From: Bacteriovoracaceae bacterium
GTDB lineage: Bacteria; Bdellovibrionota; Bacteriovoracia; Bacteriovoracales; Bacteriovoracaceae
Length of the DNA: 64,000 nt
NCBI GenBank assembly: GCA_048270185.1
Contig: JBLWTJ010000001.1
Coordinates: 1,696,001-1,760,000, forward strand
Reading direction: 5' to 3'
Below the pieces are notes generated by a model. That model had not been told where the DNA came from. It made no database searches and was given only the letters and a program-made list of their open reading frames with translations. Below are positions 37,710 through 48,052 of this stretch, piece by piece (positions within the stretch are counted from its first letter, which is position 1; every line of letters begins with the position of its first letter). The position numbers were made by a program, and so were the translations under genes.

Positions 37710-38498
37710 TTACTCCTCTAGTTGCTGATTTATATACTTATTAAATTCCTCATCAAGTGAAGTTAAAATAATTGATTTGTCATCAAGCTCACTTAAGTAA
37801 TCTTTTAAACCATCAACATTTTTAAATGAAATCCCAATTTTCTTCATTGGGATATTATCAAGTCTGAAATTAACGTAATCGATATCATATACTTTTTCGA
37901 TTTCCGAAATTTCATAAGAATTTTTCTCAAGAACAATTGTACCCATCGAAAAACGATTATTCATAAAGCTTTTATAATCTTGTAATGGCATAACAAAAGA
38001 AGCTCCATTACTCGATATATCAACAAGCTTTGCTCCCCTTAATTCAGGGAAGTCATCAATTGAATTTGAAAAATCTTTAATAAAACTCTCTTCTTTATTC
38101 TTAGTCTTATTAAAGTGTAAAACATTATCCGGAGCTTCTTCTTCGCTAATTAAGTCAAAGTAAAGATAAGAAGAACTCATATATGAAACATTAAATCTCA
38201 TATCACCTCTTCGCTCACTTCGATAAACTTTACCAATGAGCTTAAGGCTTTCTGCCTCAATCTCACCCTTAAAGAAGTAACTCATGTGACGAAGATTGAA
38301 GTTGGCCATTACCTGACCTTCAAGGCCATGGTCTGCATCAATATGTAGTGTATTACCATCAACACCTGTAATTTTAACAGATGCAACATGCTGAGAATTT
38401 GACCAAACTTTTAGATTACTTTTGGTGGCCATGAGCTCTCTAATTTTTAAATTAATATCAGAGAGCTCAAGTTCAATAAATAAATTTTGCGAATTCAA
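37710..38498 (-). CDS. PilZ-like domain protein
   Basis: ERRGDMR (RxxxR) and DISSNG (D/NxSxxG). Confidence 0.65.
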   Translation of the reverse strand: MNSQNLFIELELSDINLKIRELMATKSNLKVWSNSQHVASVKITGVDGNTLHIDADHGLEGQVMANFNLRHMSYFFKGEIEAESLKLIGKVYRSERRGDMRFNVSYMSSSYLYFDLISEEEAPDNVLHFNKTKNKEESFIKDFSNSIDDFPELRGAKLVDISSNGASFVMPLQDYKSFMNNRFSMGTIVLEKNSYEISEIEKVYDIDYVNFRLDNIPMKKIGISFKNVDGLKDYLSELDDKSIILTSLDEEFNKYINQQLEE

Positions 38499-38505
38499 AT
38501 CTTAC

Positions 38506-39549
<1,044 letters not shown>

Positions 39550-39566
39550 TTATTCCTTTATTAATT

Positions 39567-40625
39567 TTACCAGTGATAGTGTCTAATATTCTCACCACGT
39601 TCAGCAATATCGGCCATTGCCTCAATACCTAGTTCAATGTGAATATCTGTGTACTTCTTAAAGACTGACTTAGCAGACTTTTTAGTCTTAATCCCATCCT
39701 TTGTCATAGGACAGTCAGAGATTAATAGCAGAGCACCAATATTTACCTTACTAACAAAACAAGACACAAATAAAGCCGCTGTTTCCATTTCAACTGCAAG
39801 AACTCTTTGTTCAATTAATCGCTCTTTGAAACGATCATCAAATTCCCAGAATCGATAGTCAGTTGAATGTATTGTTCCGGTCCTATAATCATGTCCATGT
39901 TCTAATAGTATTTGAGAAACGAATTTTTGTACTTTAAATGTTGGAAGGGCAGGAACTTCCCTAGGAAGAAAGTGCTCAGTAACACCTTCTGCTCTAATTG
40001 AAGCAATCGGTAGAACGAAGTCACCAACCTTTAAAGAAGGATGAACAGATCCTGCAAGCCCTAAAAATAGAACCGCTTTTGGGCGGACAACAGAAATAAG
40101 TTCACCAATAAGAGCGGCCATCGCTGCCCCTACACCAAACTCTATAATTGTTACTTTTGCCTTCTTCGAACTCGAAGCCTTAAATGCTGAACCTTGTGTA
40201 TAAATATGGTCGTCTAATAGAGCATTAAACCTTTCAACATAGTAGTGAAAATTAGTTAGAATAATTTGTTCCTGAAAATCACCGAAGTCATGACCAGTGT
40301 AGCGCTCAAGCATATCAATAGCGATCTTGCGCTTATCTTCATTCCAGTGGATACGACGAGCACGAAGTGCAGCTTTCTTCATTTCAAGATTTGCAGAGAG
40401 CTCTTTCTTTGTTTTAGCTTTGTCGTCAAATAGCAACTCATCAACAAAGGCCGTCGATAGACTAGGTCCTTTTTGACGAGAACTTGTCTTCTTAGGAGTT
40501 ACTTTCTTCTTAGAAACTTTTGTATTTTTGGCCGTTACCTTTTTCTTAGTAACTTTTTTTGTATTTTTAGATATTTTTTTCGTAGCTTTCTTCTTTGAAG
40601 CTACCTTCTTCTTTGCAGCGCACAT
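39567..40625 (-). CDS. amn: AMP nucleosidase (PNP/UDP family) with Lys-rich N-terminal extension
   Basis: MLERYTG, ILTNF, PIASIRAEG, VEMETA, LLLISD.P. Confidence 0.85.
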   Translation of the reverse strand: MCAAKKKVASKKKATKKISKNTKKVTKKKVTAKNTKVSKKKVTPKKTSSRQKGPSLSTAFVDELLFDDKAKTKKELSANLEMKKAALRARRIHWNEDKRKIAIDMLERYTGHDFGDFQEQIILTNFHYYVERFNALLDDHIYTQGSAFKASSSKKAKVTIIEFGVGAAMAALIGELISVVRPKAVLFLGLAGSVHPSLKVGDFVLPIASIRAEGVTEHFLPREVPALPTFKVQKFVSQILLEHGHDYRTGTIHSTDYRFWEFDDRFKERLIEQRVLAVEMETAALFVSCFVSKVNIGALLLISDCPMTKDGIKTKKSAKSVFKKYTDIHIELGIEAMADIAERGENIRHYHW

Positions 40626-40761
40626 TCCATTATACCCTTTCAACAGCATTTCATTTGCTCTTATTATGTAAAATGTACCATTTAGAGCGTTTTATTGACA
40701 AGTAATAAGAATTATTGGGCGATGCGCATCTCGATAAATATTAGCAATTCACACTTGGCCC

Positions 40762-40790
40762 TTGTCAAAATCCATATTTTTGACTAGTAT
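40762..40790 (+). promoter_or_regulatory. Sigma70-type promoter with overlapping inverted repeat
   Basis: TTGTCA-N17-TAGTAT; GTCAAAA...TTTTGAC at 40764-40784. Confidence 0.6.
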
Positions 40791-40828
40791 ATCCAAACTA
40801 TTTCTAACACTACGCAAAAGGATAAGTT

Positions 40829-40933
40829 ATGGGTGCAGGTAGAAAGAAAACTATTGCAAAGATGAGTAAGAAAAAAGCTCAACTTAAGAAAAAAGCAAGA
40901 ATTTTACGCAGAATTAACGCTGCTAAGAAGTAA
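40829..40933 (+). CDS. 34-aa basic protein absent from the ORF track; bS22/mS38-like ribosomal protein candidate
   Basis: MGAGRKKTIAKMSKKKAQLKKKARILRRINAAKK; AAGGA RBS, upstream promoter, downstream hairpin 40936-40959. Confidence 0.75.
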   Translation: MGAGRKKTIAKMSKKKAQLKKKARILRRINAAKK

Positions 40934-40952
40934 TATAACTGGCGCATAGGCG

Positions 40953-42947
40953 TCAGTTACTTACTTCTTCCACTTCAATCGATTTTTCAGTCGTCAATTT
41001 CACTTTATTTAAACGACCTCGATAGAGGCTCATTAGATTCATGTCTTTCATCCAGACATCATCTTCTAATCTCCAAGATCCTGTGATCCCAGCAACTTTT
41101 TGTGAGTTCATGATTGTTGATTCTAATTCATCACGACTATTAAAATTTCCTAAAGATAAAATATTCGCCGCTAAGGCCATACTCTCAAAACCTAAGATTT
41201 CAACTACACCTGGTCTTTGACCGTAGCGCTCCTGATAGCTTGAGACAAAGTTCGAGTCTCCTTGTGGAACTTCTGAATCCACAAAGTAGAGCTTTCCTAG
41301 TTTTGATGTTTCTTTTGAGATACGACGTGAACGCCAATTTGGCCCACCAACAAGAGTTACATTAAAGGCATCATAGTAATTGAATGATGGTATCAACTGA
41401 AGAGCATCATTCGGAGCTGCAGGTAATAGAACCCAATCAAAATCAACGATTGGACCTAAAGTTTGAACACGTCTAATTGATGTATTTCCCTCAAGCTTAT
41501 GAACCTCTTTTAATAGTTCATACTCTTCTTGTCTTTCACGAGTAAAGTATAGACCTAGAACCTTAGCTACAGTAGATCTGTGATCCGTTTGATTGTGATC
41601 AAAAGACTGAATACTAACAATTTCAGCACCTGATTTTTGTGCCATCTTCCAAGCAGAATCAACGTACGAATTTCCAGTATCAGTGTTTGGATAAATAATT
41701 GATACTTTATTTCCAAATTTAGAAAGGTACTTATTAGAGAAAAGAAGTGCTACTTGTGATTCAACTGAACCAGGTACTTCTATTAGTAAATGATTCTTTT
41801 CATCCTTACTCGTATAAATCTGGCTTAAAGAAATAAAGAATGCTCCATATTTTCTGGCCGCTTCATACTCTGCACTTGCTTCTTCTTTTAAAAGTCCACC
41901 GATTATAATTGAAGAATTTTCTCGTTCAATCATCTCTCGAACTTTCTCTTTTCCGACAATTGCACTACCCATGCTATCAAAGATTTTAATTTGTATTGGT
42001 TGAAAATTAGGTTGGCCGTTATTTTTCTCATTATACTTTCTAACGGCGTGATCAATTCCAGATAGCGCGCGTTTACCAAATTTACTCTTGTCTCCAGTCA
42101 GTGGAAGAACAACTCCGATAGAGCGCATATTAATCTTGCTATATTTCTTCAAATTCTCAAAACGAGTACTTATAAGAGCAATCACTTCTGGATACATACT
42201 GTAATTAGACTTTACCCAGTCCCCTACTTCTTGGGCCTTAGCTTTATTTCCCTCATTAATTAATTGCTCAACTTCCAAATAAGAAAGGTAAGCACAAACA
42301 AAGTCTTTCCCCTCTTTAAAATCTTGAACAAGCTTTACTCTTTCGACTTGATCGACAATGAAATACTGAGTGATTAATTGGCCATAGAATTTCTTCGCCT
42401 TAAGATCATCAACTGTTTCGACTCCTGAATTTAACCAAAGAAGTGAATCGAGAGCGACTGTTTGAAAGTCTAGCTCTTTTGAAACTCGATATCTCAATTT
42501 GTGAAAATTTTCGAGATCTCGATTTTGCAAATAACGAGAGTCTGTACCATCAAGAGTTTTAAACGTATTTTCTAAATCATTTAACTTATAATAACTACTG
42601 GCCAGATTAAGCTTGATTTGAGCATTCAGTTCACCATCTTCGCCTGAACTATTTAAGGCCATATTAAATTGAAAGATTGCTTGTTCATAGCTTCCTTCAG
42701 AATAGCTAATAACACCAATGAGATTATTCTTTGTTGCTATTTCTGCAGGCTTTAGTTTTGCATCTTGAATTGCATTTAACTGCTTAAGGGCCAATGGCTT
42801 ATTGCCATCAATAAAGCTTTTCTTTGCCACATCAAATTCTTTTAAAAACTTTTCAGTATAAAGATGAGAAGTATCACGATTAATCATTTGGATACCACTA
42901 CAACTCACAAGAAATGCGATGACTAACAAATTAATATACTTATACAT
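40953..42947 (-). CDS. LpoA/LppC-like lipoprotein (TPR + periplasmic binding fold)
   Basis: Lipobox VSC; IGVVLPLTG; LGFES. Confidence 0.8.
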   Translation of the reverse strand: MYKYINLLVIAFLVSCSGIQMINRDTSHLYTEKFLKEFDVAKKSFIDGNKPLALKQLNAIQDAKLKPAEIATKNNLIGVISYSEGSYEQAIFQFNMALNSSGEDGELNAQIKLNLASSYYKLNDLENTFKTLDGTDSRYLQNRDLENFHKLRYRVSKELDFQTVALDSLLWLNSGVETVDDLKAKKFYGQLITQYFIVDQVERVKLVQDFKEGKDFVCAYLSYLEVEQLINEGNKAKAQEVGDWVKSNYSMYPEVIALISTRFENLKKYSKINMRSIGVVLPLTGDKSKFGKRALSGIDHAVRKYNEKNNGQPNFQPIQIKIFDSMGSAIVGKEKVREMIERENSSIIIGGLLKEEASAEYEAARKYGAFFISLSQIYTSKDEKNHLLIEVPGSVESQVALLFSNKYLSKFGNKVSIIYPNTDTGNSYVDSAWKMAQKSGAEIVSIQSFDHNQTDHRSTVAKVLGLYFTRERQEEYELLKEVHKLEGNTSIRRVQTLGPIVDFDWVLLPAAPNDALQLIPSFNYYDAFNVTLVGGPNWRSRRISKETSKLGKLYFVDSEVPQGDSNFVSSYQERYGQRPGVVEILGFESMALAANILSLGNFNSRDELESTIMNSQKVAGITGSWRLEDDVWMKDMNLMSLYRGRLNKVKLTTEKSIEVEEVSN

Positions 42948-43032
42948 AAAGAACCTTTTTTATTTTATTCAGGATCTATTTTATTGGAAATGGTGATAGA
43001 TGAAAACAGGAGAAATATAGGGTTTTTGGGTA

Positions 43033-43063
43033 ATTGGGAGACCAAATTACTCAGTCTCCCAAT
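43033..43063 (-). terminator. Hairpin downstream of dnaJ
   Basis: ATTGGGAGAC...GTCTCCCAAT, 10-bp stem. Confidence 0.65.
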
Positions 43064-43077
43064 AATATACAAAGAAA

Positions 43078-44220
43078 TTAACTAAATAATTCTTTAACTT
43101 TATCAATGAAGCCATGACTCATTGGATGACATTGTTTACCTTCAAGCTTTGCAATTTGCTCAAGTAATTCTTTGTGCTCTTTTGAAAGCTTTGTTGGAGT
43201 CTCAACATGAACAGTTAGAATTGCATCTCCAGTTCCATAGCCACCAAGCTTTTGAATACCTTTACCTTTAAGGCGCATCTTCTTACCTGACTGAGTTCCA
43301 GCAGGTAGATCCACAACGACTTTTCCATCAAGAGTTGGAACTTCAACCTCTGCACCTAGAGCAGCTTGCGAGAAGCTGATTGGAACAGTGTAGAGAACAT
43401 TAAAGCCTTCACGAGTGAAAATCTCATGCTCTTTAACATCAACAACAATGTAAAGGTCTCCATTTGGTCCACCTTGAGCACCAGCATCACCTTCACCAGA
43501 AAGCTTTAGACGCTGACCATGATCAATACCAGCAGGAATTGTCACCTCTAACTCAACTTGTTTCTTCTTACGTCCTTGCCCGTGACAAGTACCACAAGGA
43601 TCTTTGATCATTGTTCCTGCACCATTACACTTTGGACATGTTGAAGCTACAGTAAAGAAGCCTTGCTGACGACGTACTTCTCCAGCTCCGTGACACATAT
43701 CACAGTTAACTGCTTCCGATCCGGCCTTAGCTCCAGAACCATTACATGTTTCACATGTTGTTTCTTTATTTATTGAAATCTTCTTCTTAGCTCCAAAAGC
43801 AGCTTCTTCAAATGTCACATTAACAGACATTTGTAGGTCATTTCCAGGAACACCCGAACGACGACGTCCGCGACGGCCACGGCCTCCGCCGCCCATCATA
43901 TCGCCAAAAATATCACCAAAGATATCGCCTAGGTCGCCGAAGTCACCAAATCCACCTTGGAAGCCTCCGCCACCAAAGCCTCCACCTTGACCATTTACTC
44001 CAGCGTGACCAAATTGATCGTAACGCTGACGTTTACCATCATCTAATAAAACTTCCGCTGCTTCAGAAGCTTCTTTAAACTTAGCTTCTGCTTCAGCATT
44101 ATCAGGGTTGCGGTCTGGGTGATACTTCATGGCCATCTTACGATAGGCTTTCTTAATCTCTGCCTTATCTGCGCCCTTGGCCACACCAAGAATGTCGTAA
44201 TAATCTCTTTTATCACTCAT
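43078..44220 (-). CDS. dnaJ: Chaperone DnaJ
   Basis: HPD motif, G/F-rich region, four CxxCxGxG repeats. Confidence 0.98.
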   Translation of the reverse strand: MSDKRDYYDILGVAKGADKAEIKKAYRKMAMKYHPDRNPDNAEAEAKFKEASEAAEVLLDDGKRQRYDQFGHAGVNGQGGGFGGGGFQGGFGDFGDLGDIFGDIFGDMMGGGGRGRRGRRRSGVPGNDLQMSVNVTFEEAAFGAKKKISINKETTCETCNGSGAKAGSEAVNCDMCHGAGEVRRQQGFFTVASTCPKCNGAGTMIKDPCGTCHGQGRKKKQVELEVTIPAGIDHGQRLKLSGEGDAGAQGGPNGDLYIVVDVKEHEIFTREGFNVLYTVPISFSQAALGAEVEVPTLDGKVVVDLPAGTQSGKKMRLKGKGIQKLGGYGTGDAILTVHVETPTKLSKEHKELLEQIAKLEGKQCHPMSHGFIDKVKELFS

Positions 44221-44237
44221 AATTTTCTCTTCTTAAG

Positions 44238-44264
44238 AAAAAAGGGAGCACACGGCTCCCCTTT
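44238..44264 (-). terminator. Intrinsic terminator after dnaK
   Basis: GGGAGC-cgtgt-GCTCCC followed by T6 on the minus strand. Confidence 0.8.
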
Positions 44265-44281
44265 AGCAATTTATCTTTTAA

Positions 44282-46195
44282 TTAAACTTCTTTGAAGTCT
44301 GCATCAACGACATCATCATCTTTCTTGTCGTTGCCAGCGTTTGCTCCAGCATTTGCTTCTGGACCTGCTTGAGCGCCTGCATCAGCACCTGGTTGTTGGT
44401 ACATTTGTTGTGCAACTGCGTGTGAAGCATTTGTTAGAGTTTCTTGAGCAGCTTTAAGCTCATCAAGATTCTCAGAAGCTAGTTTTGCTTTCGCATCAGT
44501 GATAGCAGCTTCTAACTTAGACTTATCTTCGTCAGAAATTTTACCTTCACCGTCTTTGATCATTTTTTCACAGCTTAAGATTAGAGCATCAAGATTATTT
44601 CTTGTATCAACAACTTCACGTGCTTTCTTATCTGCTTCTTTATTTGCTTCAGCTTCTTGTACCATTCTTTCAATCTCTTCATCCGAAAGACCTGAACCAG
44701 CAGTGATCTTAATTTCTTGAGATTTACCAGTTGCCTTATCTACAGCTGAAACGTGAACGATACCGTTAGCATCAATGTCAAAAGTTACTTCGATTTGTGG
44801 AACACCTCTTGGCGCTGGTGCAATTCCGCTTAGGTCGAAACGCCCTAATGACTTATTATCTTTTGCGAATTCACGTTCACCTTGGCATACGTGAATTGTA
44901 ACTGCTGGTTGGTTATCAACTGCAGTTGAGAAAGTTTGTGACTTCTTAGTTGGGATTGTTGTGTTCTTCTCAATAAGAGTTGTCATAACACCACCAAGAG
45001 TCTCAATACCAAGAGTTAGTGGAGTAACGTCTAGTAGAAGTACATCTTTAACGTCACCAGCTAGTACACCACCTTGAATAGCAGCACCTGCAGCTACAAC
45101 TTCGTCAGGGTTAACACCTTTAGAAGCTTCTTTCCCAAAGATTTCTTTTACTCTTTCTTGAACAGCTGGGATACGAGTTGAACCACCTACAAGGATAACC
45201 TCATCGATTTCGCTCTTCTCAAGACCAGAATCTTCAAGACAAGTTAAACATGGTTTTGCAAGAGCAGTTAAGTGGTCAGCAATTAGAGACTCAAACTTCG
45301 CTCTTGAAAGATTTACGTTTAAGTGTTTTGGACCTGAAGCATCAGCAGTGATGAATGGAAGGTTAACATCTGTCGAGTTAACGTTCGATAGTTCGTGCTT
45401 AGCTTTTTCAGCAGCTTCTTTAAGTCTTTGAAGTGCCATTTGGTCTTTTCTTAAATCAATTCCTTCTTGCTTTTGAAATTCTTCAGCAAGGAAGTTGATA
45501 ATATTTTCGTCGAAGTTTTCACCACCAAGGAAAGTGTCCCCGTTAGTTGCCTTTACTTCAAATACACCGTCTGAAGTGATCTCAAGAATTGAGATGTCGA
45601 AAGTACCACCACCAAGGTCAAATACTGCAATATTCTTATCTTGCTTAGACTCTAGTCCGTATGCAAGAGCAGCTGCTGTAGGCTCGTTGATAATTCTTTT
45701 TACTTCTAGCCCTGCAATTTTACCTGCATCTTTTGTTGCCTGTCTTTGAGAGTCATTGAAGTAAGCTGGTACTGTAATTACAGCTTCAGTAACAGTCTCA
45801 CCTAGATAGTCTTCAGCAGCTTTTTTAAGTTTTTGAAGTACCTTTGCCGAGATCTCTTGTGGAGCCATTTCGTTTCCATCAACTTTTACCCAAGCGTCAC
45901 CATTCTTATTTGCAAAAATTTCAAATGGAGCTACATCAGCAAATTGCTTAGCTTCTGGTGTTGCAAACTTACGTCCAATAAGTCTTTTAATACCGTATAG
46001 AGTTTTTGATGGATTCGTTACTGCTTGTCTTTTTGCAACTTGTCCAACAAGTGTCTCACCATTATTTGCGAAACCAATAACAGATGGTGTTGTATTGTGT
46101 CCTTCTGCGTTTGGTACGATTTTGTATTTACCGTTTTCTAGTACGGCAACACATGAGTTAGTTGTTCCTAAATCGATTCCAATAATTTTTCCCAT
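44282..46195 (-). CDS. dnaK: Chaperone DnaK
   Basis: [24 protein letters not shown]. Confidence 0.98.
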   Translation of the reverse strand: MGKIIGIDLGTTNSCVAVLENGKYKIVPNAEGHNTTPSVIGFANNGETLVGQVAKRQAVTNPSKTLYGIKRLIGRKFATPEAKQFADVAPFEIFANKNGDAWVKVDGNEMAPQEISAKVLQKLKKAAEDYLGETVTEAVITVPAYFNDSQRQATKDAGKIAGLEVKRIINEPTAAALAYGLESKQDKNIAVFDLGGGTFDISILEITSDGVFEVKATNGDTFLGGENFDENIINFLAEEFQKQEGIDLRKDQMALQRLKEAAEKAKHELSNVNSTDVNLPFITADASGPKHLNVNLSRAKFESLIADHLTALAKPCLTCLEDSGLEKSEIDEVILVGGSTRIPAVQERVKEIFGKEASKGVNPDEVVAAGAAIQGGVLAGDVKDVLLLDVTPLTLGIETLGGVMTTLIEKNTTIPTKKSQTFSTAVDNQPAVTIHVCQGEREFAKDNKSLGRFDLSGIAPAPRGVPQIEVTFDIDANGIVHVSAVDKATGKSQEIKITAGSGLSDEEIERMVQEAEANKEADKKAREVVDTRNNLDALILSCEKMIKDGEGKISDEDKSKLEAAITDAKAKLASENLDELKAAQETLTNASHAVAQQMYQQPGADAGAQAGPEANAGANAGNDKKDDDVVDADFKEV

Positions 46196-46219
46196 TAGTA
46201 ATCTCCTTGTATATTTATC

Positions 46220-46783
46220 TTAGTTTTTAACTACTACTACTTTAGCTGCTCTAATAACTCTTCCATTTAGAGAATAGCCATTTTGATATGTTTGTAGAAT
46301 TTCCTGATCTTCTTTTCCTTCAGCTGGCATTTGGGCCATTGCTTCATGGAAGTGTGGATCGAAAACCTTTCCTTCAGTTTCAATTTTTTCAAGGCCATTT
46401 GATTTCAGACATTCTAAGAATTGTCCTCTAACCATATCTACACCTGTGAAGATATTTTTAACTTTTTCATCTTCATCATTTTCAATTGCTTGCAGAGTTC
46501 TTTCTAAATTATCAACAACATCCAAAAGTCCCATCATTACTTTCTCAGTTCCAAATTTAATTTGATCCTGAAGTTGCTTTTCATGACGTCTCTTTATGTT
46601 CTCCATTTCAGCAGCAACATAATAGAACTTATCTTTAAACTCTAAAAGCTCTTTCATATCCTCAGAGATTGCTTCAACATTATCTTCAGTATCTACACTA
46701 GATTCCTCAGAAGCTGTTTCATCAACCTTCGCTTCTGCACCTAGTTCTTTTTCATTTTCTTCATTAACATGCGTTTCAGACAT
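46220..46783 (-). CDS. grpE: Nucleotide exchange factor GrpE
   Basis: AEMEN..RR, FDPHFHEA, GRVIRAAKV. Confidence 0.97.
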   Translation of the reverse strand: MSETHVNEENEKELGAEAKVDETASEESSVDTEDNVEAISEDMKELLEFKDKFYYVAAEMENIKRRHEKQLQDQIKFGTEKVMMGLLDVVDNLERTLQAIENDEDEKVKNIFTGVDMVRGQFLECLKSNGLEKIETEGKVFDPHFHEAMAQMPAEGKEDQEILQTYQNGYSLNGRVIRAAKVVVVKN

Positions 46784-46817
46784 TTTCAGTTACCTCTTTA
46801 AATTTATCTCTAATCTA

Positions 46818-46845
46818 AAGATGGTAGTACTAGGCCCTGTGTCAA
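46818..46845 (-). promoter_or_regulatory. Candidate promoter of grpE-dnaK-dnaJ
   Basis: TTGACA-N16-CATCTT. Confidence 0.45.
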
Positions 46846-46891
46846 TGTTGTGACATGGTTTTTTTTTGATTAAACGTATAAGGCACTGAAA

Positions 46892-47992
46892 TTACTTAGA
46901 TATTTTAAAGATTTCATCAATAATTGAGTCTAATATTAGATAGCCGCGAGACGTCAAACGAAAGTGATCATGTCCAAGAATGGCCTGGCCACGGGATTTT
47001 AAATCATTTGCAAGGGCTGTTAGGTCTCCCCAATATGGATCATTTAGGGCAAAGCCAACACTCGAGCGAAGATTCATATAGAGCTTCTCAATTTGAAATT
47101 CTTCATCATTGAGTTTCTCTTCAATAAAGCCTGCTTCCTTTGTCTTCCACTTGTAACGGAAGCGAGTATTTGAGAGGAAGCCTGTAGCTGAAGGCCCTAA
47201 GGCCGCAACAGATTTCATTTTCCAATAATTGAGATTATGAACCGAAGCCTTAGATCTCTTGGCAAAATTAGAAACTTCATAATGTTCAAAACCATTTACA
47301 GCAAGGAAGTCTGCGACTTTCATATATTCGTCACTTATCCACTCTTCACTTGGAAGTTTGTCAAAGTGCTTATAGTGCTTGGGCACAGTTAGAATATAAA
47401 GACTAATATGACTTGGTCCGTAGGTTAAAATTTCTGTCAACTCGGCGATTATATCGCGATTATATTCCTCAGAAAATGGTAGTCCTATCATGAAGTCCAC
47501 AGAGAAATTAGAGTTGATTTCTTTGAAATATTTTAACGTTGTATGGACATCATCAACGTTATGGACACGGTCAATAATTTTTAAGAAGTTTGGGTTGATC
47601 GACTGAACCCCCAGAGAGTAGCGGTTTACTCCAGAGGTCTGCCAGCGATCAAGACCTTCTTTTGTCCAGGCCCCAGGGTTTACTTCTAATGTAAACTCGC
47701 AATGAGAAGCTAAAGAAATACTATTTTCATCAAGCCAGTCTGAGAGAAATTCGGCTCCCCTCGCCCCCCATAAACTTGGTGTTCCACCTCCGATATAGAG
47801 GCTTTCGAGCTCTTTCATTTCACAATGATTCGAACTTAATACCGCATTATGTTTGTCTGCCATTTGTTTAAATAAATCTTCAAAACTTGAAAGTTCACTA
47901 TCATCTTTTTTAATAGATTTATAGAAATCACAATAATTGCAAAGATGGCGGCAAAACGGAAAGTGAATGTATAACGACTTTATTTCTTCCAT
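46892..47992 (-). CDS. hemW: Radical SAM heme chaperone HemW (HemN-like)
   Basis: YIHFPFCRHLCNYCDF, GGGTPS, YEVSNF, HNLNYW. Confidence 0.9.
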   Translation of the reverse strand: MEEIKSLYIHFPFCRHLCNYCDFYKSIKKDDSELSSFEDLFKQMADKHNAVLSSNHCEMKELESLYIGGGTPSLWGARGAEFLSDWLDENSISLASHCEFTLEVNPGAWTKEGLDRWQTSGVNRYSLGVQSINPNFLKIIDRVHNVDDVHTTLKYFKEINSNFSVDFMIGLPFSEEYNRDIIAELTEILTYGPSHISLYILTVPKHYKHFDKLPSEEWISDEYMKVADFLAVNGFEHYEVSNFAKRSKASVHNLNYWKMKSVAALGPSATGFLSNTRFRYKWKTKEAGFIEEKLNDEEFQIEKLYMNLRSSVGFALNDPYWGDLTALANDLKSRGQAILGHDHFRLTSRGYLILDSIIDEIFKISK

Positions 47993-48052
47993 ATTAATTT
48001 CTTCAAACCCAGACTATAATAAACTGATACCTAAAATTAAAAGGCTATGTAA

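Noticed and set aside
40741..40770. CIRCE element (TTAGCAATTC)
   Set aside because: Imperfect half-site only; no matching right arm
43850..44000. GC-rich repetitive patch
   Set aside because: Encodes the normal G/F-rich region of DnaJ
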